Origin: a bacterium
Lineage (GTDB): Bacteria > Zhuqueibacterota > Zhuqueibacteria > Residuimicrobiales > Krinioviventaceae
Reading direction: 5' to 3'
NCBI GenBank assembly: GCA_963693055.1
Contig: OY843751.1
Span: forward strand, 5,504,001-5,568,000
Length of the DNA: 64,000 bases
Shown here: one piece after another, positions 58,196 through 64,000 of the stretch
How positions within the stretch are numbered: position 1 is the first letter of the stretch
How the letters are laid out: every line of letters begins with the position of its first letter
The notes under the pieces: generated by a model
Told to the model about the DNA's origin: nothing
Database searches by the model: none
What the model saw: only the letters and a program-made list of their open reading frames with translations
Translations under genes and position numbers: made by a program

Positions 58196-59461
58196 ATGAA
58201 ATACAAATCTATTACCGGTATGCGGGATGTATTGCCTGAAGAACAGCCCTATTGGCGCTGGATTGAGCAAAAACTGCATGAAATTACACAAATCTATGGC
58301 TATAAACGCATTGACCCACCAATATTGGAAGAAACCTCTCTGTTTATTCGCGGAGTAGGTGACACTACTGATATTGTTGAAAAAGAAATGTACACCTTTA
58401 ACGACAAGGGTGACAATTCCGTTACCATGCGTCCGGAATTTACTGCCGGAGTAATGCGCACTTATCTGCAAAACGGATTGCACATGCAGGCTAAACCGGT
58501 AAAATTGTATTCCATGGGACCCGTTTTCCGATATGAACGTCCCCAGGCAGGACGATTTCGTCAGCACACTCAGTTTAATGTTGAAGCACTGGGCGAGCAA
58601 GACCCCCTGCTCGATCTCGAAGTCATGTCCATTGCCTGGCAGCTTTACGCAGAGCTGGGATTCAAAGGCCTTGCTTTTCAGCTCAACAGTACCGGCTGCT
58701 CCAAATGCAGACCTGCATATATTGAAACACTTAAAGCCTACTATCAGGAACATTATGATGAAATCTGTGACGATTGTAAACGCAGATTAGGCAAAAACCC
58801 CCTCAGACTGCTGGATTGTAAAGTAGAAACCTGTCAACCGGTTATAGCCCAGGCGCCGGTTATTAGCGAACACTTGTGTAAAGAATGTGAAGACCATTTT
58901 TCTACCTTGAAACGATATCTTGATAAAACCGGCAGAGCCTATTCTGTTAACCATAAACTGGTACGCGGATTGGATTATTATACCAAAACTGTATTTGAAG
59001 TATGGGCACAGGGCATTGGATCTCAAAACGCCATGTGCGGCGGCGGCAGATACGATGGACTCATTGAACAACTGGGTGGCCCTTCTACACCGGGCATTGG
59101 TTTTGGCTCAGGAATTGAGCGCATTATTCTTAGTATGAAAGAGCAGGGCATAGAACCGCCAGCATTAAAAAGCATTGATGTGTTTATGGCACACATGGGT
59201 GAAAATGCCAAAGATAAAGCCATTGAGCTCACCTTTGCATTACGTCAACAGGGTATACCGGCTCTGATATCTTTTGGCAGTGATCGCAGTATAAAGTCTC
59301 AAATGAAAGAAGCTAATCGAAATAACGCCAAATACGCTGTAATTCTGGGTGACCAGGAAATTGAACAGGGCGTGGCGGCAGTCAAAGATCTTGAAGAAGG
59401 AACACAGACCGAGATCAAGATGGCAGATTTTATCGATCACTTTACAAACAAGATGAAATAA
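58196..59461 (+). CDS. hisS: Histidine--tRNA ligase
   Basis: KEMYTF, RPEFTA, FRYERPQAGRFRQ, RGLDYY and GGGRYD. Confidence 0.99.
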   Translation: MKYKSITGMRDVLPEEQPYWRWIEQKLHEITQIYGYKRIDPPILEETSLFIRGVGDTTDIVEKEMYTFNDKGDNSVTMRPEFTAGVMRTYLQNGLHMQAKPVKLYSMGPVFRYERPQAGRFRQHTQFNVEALGEQDPLLDLEVMSIAWQLYAELGFKGLAFQLNSTGCSKCRPAYIETLKAYYQEHYDEICDDCKRRLGKNPLRLLDCKVETCQPVIAQAPVISEHLCKECEDHFSTLKRYLDKTGRAYSVNHKLVRGLDYYTKTVFEVWAQGIGSQNAMCGGGRYDGLIEQLGGPSTPGIGFGSGIERIILSMKEQGIEPPALKSIDVFMAHMGENAKDKAIELTFALRQQGIPALISFGSDRSIKSQMKEANRNNAKYAVILGDQEIEQGVAAVKDLEEGTQTEIKMADFIDHFTNKMK

Positions 59462-59465
59462 ACCC

Positions 59466-60245
59466 ATGACCGAACCCCTGTCACAAAAGCAGGCCAAACT
59501 CGTTCGGTCTTTGCAAATTAAAAAGTACCGGGAAAAAGAACAGCTTTTCTGGATTGAGGGTGTGCGATTGTGCGAAGAAGCACTAAACGCATCGGCAAAA
59601 ATCTCGTTTTGTGTGCTTGGCCAGAATTTTCAGGACAATGAACGCAATCAGGATCTATTAAAGCGTATCTCTGCTCAAAACATACCCGTTTACCAATCTC
59701 AGGAAAATTTCAAATCTTTAGCAGATACAGACTCGCCGCAGGGTATTGGCTGTGTAGTACATATTGTACAGAATCTACCCAATTATGAAACCGCAAAACG
59801 GCTATTGTTCATCGATGGCATTCAGGATCCTGGTAATATGGGAACACTTGTCAGAACCGCGGAATGGTTTGGCTTTGACGGTATCATTACAAGCGACAAT
59901 TCCGTGGACATATTGAATCCCAAAGTACTGCGCAGTACCATGGGTGCAATATTTAACATACCCATTCAAGACAAAGCCCAACCGATTGATCTTTTTACAC
60001 AATTAAAAGAAAATCACTTTACATTGATCGGCTCGGTGCTAAGTGAACATGCAAAGCAAGAAATCCAAACACCTGCGGACAAAGCTTGCCTGGTTATTGG
60101 CAGTGAAGCACACGGAATCCGTAAAGAGCTGTTACCCTTGCTCGATGAAAACATCTGCATACCTGGCTCTGGTAAAAGTGAATCTCTGAACGCGGCGGTT
60201 GCCGCCGGCATATTAATGTATACTCTGGGAAAAAACCATGGATGA
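59466..60245 (+). CDS. TrmH/SpoU family RNA methyltransferase
   Basis: IQDPGNMGTLVRT, GSEAHG and ESLNAAVA. Confidence 0.93.
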   Translation: MTEPLSQKQAKLVRSLQIKKYREKEQLFWIEGVRLCEEALNASAKISFCVLGQNFQDNERNQDLLKRISAQNIPVYQSQENFKSLADTDSPQGIGCVVHIVQNLPNYETAKRLLFIDGIQDPGNMGTLVRTAEWFGFDGIITSDNSVDILNPKVLRSTMGAIFNIPIQDKAQPIDLFTQLKENHFTLIGSVLSEHAKQEIQTPADKACLVIGSEAHGIRKELLPLLDENICIPGSGKSESLNAAVAAGILMYTLGKNHG

Positions 60246-61059
60246 ATTTAATATTGAACCCAAAAGCGTATTAAAACCACTGGAACTATTTTTAATACTG
60301 CTGGTCACCATGATTATTGTACCGGTTATTGGCTTGCCAATCACCTATTTTTTCGGTCCTTCAGTTGGTTTACTGACCGAAGCGCTCATCATCTTTCCTG
60401 CAATGGTCTATGTATATATTAAAAAAATGCACTTTACCAAAACCTTCCGATTGAACAAGATCTCGCCCTCTCTTTTATCAGCAACACTCTTGCTGGCATT
60501 TTCTCTGTTTATTATTGGAGATGAGCTGGACAGGTTGGTAAATAGCCTCTTTCCCATTCCCGATTATATTTTCGAAGCAATGAAAGACATGCTTACATTT
60601 CATTCCATTCCGCATGCTTTATTGCTCATACTGACCGGGGTAATTTTTGCCGCCATTACAGAAGAGATGCTTTTTCGTGGGGCTATCATGAAGACATTAG
60701 AGAAAAATGTCAAGCCAGCGGCTGCTATATTTATATCCTCGTTATTATTTGCAATTATTCATTTCAATCCCTGGTCTGTGTTACAAATCCTGTTTATAGG
60801 ATTGTTTATGGGATACATGGCATGGAAATCTGACAGCATTTTCCCATCCATGATATTTCACGCTCTCAACAATCTGGCTTCCATGCTGTTCCTCAATACA
60901 CCTGAAGACTCTTTGCGTTGGTATTCAGGAGAACAACATGTAAAATTTTACTGGATAATCGCTGCTGTTGCCTTACTGATTCCCGCAATACGCTATTTCA
61001 ACAGTGTTTGCAGCGAAAAAACAGATTCCCCAGCAACCGAGTTTCCGCAAAACGCCTGA
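60238..61059 (+). CDS. CPBP/Abi family intramembrane metalloprotease
   Basis: EEMLFRG, FAIIH and HALNN. Confidence 0.92.
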   Translation: MDEFNIEPKSVLKPLELFLILLVTMIIVPVIGLPITYFFGPSVGLLTEALIIFPAMVYVYIKKMHFTKTFRLNKISPSLLSATLLLAFSLFIIGDELDRLVNSLFPIPDYIFEAMKDMLTFHSIPHALLLILTGVIFAAITEEMLFRGAIMKTLEKNVKPAAAIFISSLLFAIIHFNPWSVLQILFIGLFMGYMAWKSDSIFPSMIFHALNNLASMLFLNTPEDSLRWYSGEQHVKFYWIIAAVALLIPAIRYFNSVCSEKTDSPATEFPQNA

Positions 61060-61113
61060 TTTGCGCCTATTACTCTTGAAAATTAACAAACCCAGGCCAA
61101 GAGTAAAAAACGT

Positions 61114-61479
61114 ATGAAAATTGTCATTTTAAATGGGGAACTGCAAACCGGAATGCAGATGTACCTTGCGTTGAGCACACACTTTAATGTGCAAGTCGTG
61201 CAGGATACTAACGATCTTTTGGATATTTTAGACAGCGAAAACACAGACTTTACATTTTTCGATTTTTGCGATGAAGATGGCAACTGTACCGACCAGAAAG
61301 CGTTTGATATTATAGATCAGATTGCATTCAAACACCCTGCCACACAGATTATAGGGCTTTACAAACAGCCAGACAAAACCATCTTGCAAAAAGCAGCCGA
61401 GCACGGCATCAAAAAAATGATCACAAAGCCTGTAAAAAACCGGGAATTGTTCAGAACCATAGATTCTCAGTTGGTTTAG
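61114..61479 (+). CDS. Stand-alone atypical receiver-domain protein
   Basis: CheY-like pattern with FFD and ITKP, but the acidic pair and the Thr/Ser are missing. Confidence 0.65.
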   Translation: MKIVILNGELQTGMQMYLALSTHFNVQVVQDTNDLLDILDSENTDFTFFDFCDEDGNCTDQKAFDIIDQIAFKHPATQIIGLYKQPDKTILQKAAEHGIKKMITKPVKNRELFRTIDSQLV

Positions 61480-61517
61480 CGCGACTCTTGCTTGAAAAGT
61501 ATGCACCTCTTTTTTTA

Positions 61518-61546
61518 TTGATTTTCAAAATTATTCCACGTATGTT
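61518..61546 (+). promoter_or_regulatory. Sigma70-type promoter for nadB
   Basis: TTGATT-17 nt-TATGTT. Confidence 0.55.
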
Positions 61547-61582
61547 ATACCGCATGCATGAATTATTATTATTGGAAACAAG

Positions 61583-63199
61583 ATGTCTATAAAATCTGAT
61601 TTTTTAATAATCGGCAGTGGTATTGCCGGACTATATAGCGCTATCCTCCTGTCAAAACAAGGCACTGTTGCCATTGTAACCAAAAAGCACAAAGCTGAAT
61701 CAAATACAAATTACGCCCAGGGCGGCATTGCTTCAGTTTTTGATCCCGACGACTCTTTTGATCAACATATTAAAGACACCATGTACGCAGGTGCAGGACT
61801 GTGCAAACAAGACGCCGTACAACTGATTGTAGAAGAAGGCCCGCACCACATAAACGAGTTGTTTCGTCTGGGTGTGCCCTTTGATAAAAATCAGACCGGC
61901 AAGTTTGACCTGGGACGTGAAGGTGGACACAAGTTCCATCGCATCGTCCATGTTAAAGACCATACCGGTCGGGATGTAGAAACCATATTGCTTGATCAAA
62001 TCAAAGAGAATCCCAATATCAGTATTTATGAAGATCATGTTGCAATTGATCTGATAACAGAACACCATATATTTGAAACGGTACCCGCGGCAAAAAACAC
62101 GCTTAGCTGCTGGGGTGCTTATGTATTAGACTCAAAAACCCAAAAAGTACATAAATTTACAGCCAAAGCTACTATCCTTTCTTCCGGTGGCTGCGGTCAG
62201 GTTTACCGGCACACCTCAAATCCGGATATTGCCACAGGCGACGGAGTTGCCATGTGTTATCGCGCCGGTGCTCCTATTGCCAATATGGAATTCATGCAAT
62301 TTCATCCCACTACCCTGTACCATCCGGAAGCAGACTCTTTTTTAATATCCGAAGCGGTACGCGGTTTTGGCGGTATTTTGATTAATAAAGCTGGCGAAGA
62401 CTTTATGCCCAACTATCACGAAATGGCTTCACTGGCTCCTCGCGATATTGTTGCCCGCGCCATTGATACTGAATTGAAAAAACGTGGCGACTCGTCAGTC
62501 TTTCTGGATGTTACCCATAAAAAACCGGAAGAGACAAAAAAACGGTTTCCGCTGATATATGATAAATGCATGAAATTTAAAATAGACATTACCAAAGAAC
62601 CTATTCCTGTGGTTCCCGCCGCTCATTATTCCTGCGGTGGCGTAGTAACCGATTTAAAAGCCCAAACAAACATCAAAGGCCTGTTTGCCTGTGGCGAAGT
62701 AGCCTGCACAGGCGTTCACGGAGCAAACCGGTTGGCATCCAACTCGTTATTGGAAGCATTGGTATTTGCATACAAGGCATGTGAATCTGCCACTGACTTT
62801 GTAAGCACCAATAACTTTATCTTTCCCCGCATACCTCACTGGGATGACGCAGGTACATTCAACAGTGAAGAATGGGTTTTAATATCTCATGATAAATTAG
62901 AGATCAAAAACCTGATGTGGGACTATGTAGGTATCGTCCGCTCTAACCTGAGACTTGAACGGGCACATAGCAGAATCCGTCTGATCCGCCAGGAGGTGGA
63001 AAACTTTTATCGTCGTACCACTGTTACCGAAGATCTGGTAGAATTGCGCAATCTGGCAACCGTATCTCAGCTTATTATTCAATCTGCGCTGATGCGTAGA
63101 GAGAGCCGGGGATTGCACTATACGACCGATTATACAAAAACCAACGACGAGGAATATCTGCAAGATACTATTATTCAAAGGGGAAAATTCACCAACTAG
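61583..63199 (+). CDS. nadB: L-aspartate oxidase
   Basis: YAQGGIA, REGGH, QFHPT, LISEAVRG, AAHYSCGG and HGANRLASNSLLE. Confidence 0.97.
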   Translation: MSIKSDFLIIGSGIAGLYSAILLSKQGTVAIVTKKHKAESNTNYAQGGIASVFDPDDSFDQHIKDTMYAGAGLCKQDAVQLIVEEGPHHINELFRLGVPFDKNQTGKFDLGREGGHKFHRIVHVKDHTGRDVETILLDQIKENPNISIYEDHVAIDLITEHHIFETVPAAKNTLSCWGAYVLDSKTQKVHKFTAKATILSSGGCGQVYRHTSNPDIATGDGVAMCYRAGAPIANMEFMQFHPTTLYHPEADSFLISEAVRGFGGILINKAGEDFMPNYHEMASLAPRDIVARAIDTELKKRGDSSVFLDVTHKKPEETKKRFPLIYDKCMKFKIDITKEPIPVVPAAHYSCGGVVTDLKAQTNIKGLFACGEVACTGVHGANRLASNSLLEALVFAYKACESATDFVSTNNFIFPRIPHWDDAGTFNSEEWVLISHDKLEIKNLMWDYVGIVRSNLRLERAHSRIRLIRQEVENFYRRTTVTEDLVELRNLATVSQLIIQSALMRRESRGLHYTTDYTKTNDEEYLQDTIIQRGKFTN

Positions 63200-63242
63200 A
63201 GCAGAACATACACCCTCTCTGTTTCAAGCCAGAATGTTTTTC

Positions 63243-63271
63243 TTGATTTTATGGCAATCATTTTCTATAAT
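63243..63271 (+). promoter_or_regulatory. Sigma70-type promoter
   Basis: TTGATT-17 nt-TATAAT. Confidence 0.7.
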
Positions 63272-63305
63272 AGGAAGATATATTTTTTTTAGAGGAGAAT
63301 AATTC

Positions 63306-63938
63306 ATGAAACCATTTCGCCAGTTATTAGTATTATTAATTATGATTTCATCAATGGCATTTGCGCAAGGTGGAAATGTTTTCAATATAAATGCCGGATA
63401 TGTTAATCCTGCGGATATAAAAGGTGGCATGTTTTTCGGATTCGTTCTGGGCACAGCCATAGACGAAGCGGTTGATCTGGGTATTGGAGTAGATGTGTTT
63501 CACAAAACCTACTCTGAAAACAGCCAGGTAGCTCAGGAAGAAAAAGAAGGACTAACATCCAACACTTATGCCACTGAAGTGGATTATTCAAGAACTATGG
63601 TACCTTTAAAACTTATGGTGAATGTCAAAATACCCACTTCTATGTACTATGGATATTTTATTCGCGGAAGCCTGAACTATGAATTCCTGTTCAGCAAAGA
63701 AAAAAATTACGAGATGGATAAATCTCAAACGCATAAATTCGGTGGTCTGGGATGGCAGGCAGCAGCCGGATTTTATTACAATGTAGGCAGCCGCTCAACA
63801 CTTATTGCCGATTTGTTTTATAACAGTTGCGAAGTCAGCCGCAGTATAGAAAATAGTAATGTTGGCCTTCCGGTTACTGAACGTGTTGACTTGTCCGGAC
63901 TCGGCTTTAGATTAGGAGTAAATTTAAATTTAAACTAG
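63306..63938 (+). CDS. Small outer-membrane beta-barrel protein
   Basis: Signal peptide ending AFA, alternating beta-strands, and a C-terminal LSGLGFRLGVNL. Confidence 0.75.
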   Translation: MKPFRQLLVLLIMISSMAFAQGGNVFNINAGYVNPADIKGGMFFGFVLGTAIDEAVDLGIGVDVFHKTYSENSQVAQEEKEGLTSNTYATEVDYSRTMVPLKLMVNVKIPTSMYYGYFIRGSLNYEFLFSKEKNYEMDKSQTHKFGGLGWQAAAGFYYNVGSRSTLIADLFYNSCEVSRSIENSNVGLPVTERVDLSGLGFRLGVNLNLN

Positions 63939-63939
63939 T

Positions 63940-64000
63940 ATGAATTTTCAAACACAAAAAATACGTTTCGGCTTTGGCGGTGGATTAACTCCGGTTGTCA
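63940..64000 (+). CDS. 5' end of a gene running off the window, possibly a rhomboid protease
   Basis: MNFQTQKIRFGFGGGLTPVV resembles rhomboid N-termini; only 20 codons are visible. Confidence 0.45.
   Translation, partial: MNFQTQKIRFGFGGGLTPVV

Noticed and set aside
60238-61059. Abortive-infection defence gene
   Set aside because: The Abi/CPBP name denotes a membrane protease family, and there is no defence context.

Overview
This is a gene-dense chromosomal window from a diderm bacterium. I infer the FCB group (KSB1/Calditrichota-like) from the T9SS/FlgD-type C-termini, a GWxTD protein, a DGGGP-synthase-like UbiA protein, real Shine-Dalgarno sites and canonical sigma70 promoters, the last two being unlike Bacteroidota. 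Most of it is housekeeping: lolC/E, lysS, alr, prfB with its +1 frameshift, a ccm cluster, hflKC, glgC, smc, yciH, mpl, rodZ, maf, dtd, hisS, a TrmH-family methyltransferase and nadB. I saw no tRNA, rRNA, CRISPR array or mobile element. Two accessory blocks stand out. (1) 23.9-34.7 kb is a sigma54-driven surface-protein locus. It encodes a ~1410-aa acidic protein ending cohesin-X module-type II-like dockerin-cohesin-T9SS CTD, an ~1185-aa cohesin + cadherin-like-repeat T9SS protein, and two lipoproteins, with no recognisable catalytic domain. The large gene has a long leader with a strong-SD uORF whose start region is complementary to the gene's own 3' UTR. (2) 36.7-49.2 kb is a co-oriented cluster of five paralogous membrane GT2 glycosyltransferases with a flippase-like protein, methyltransferase, Wzi-like barrel, DUF3108-like protein, radical SAM enzyme and PHP hydrolase. 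All domain calls were made by eye; no searches were run.
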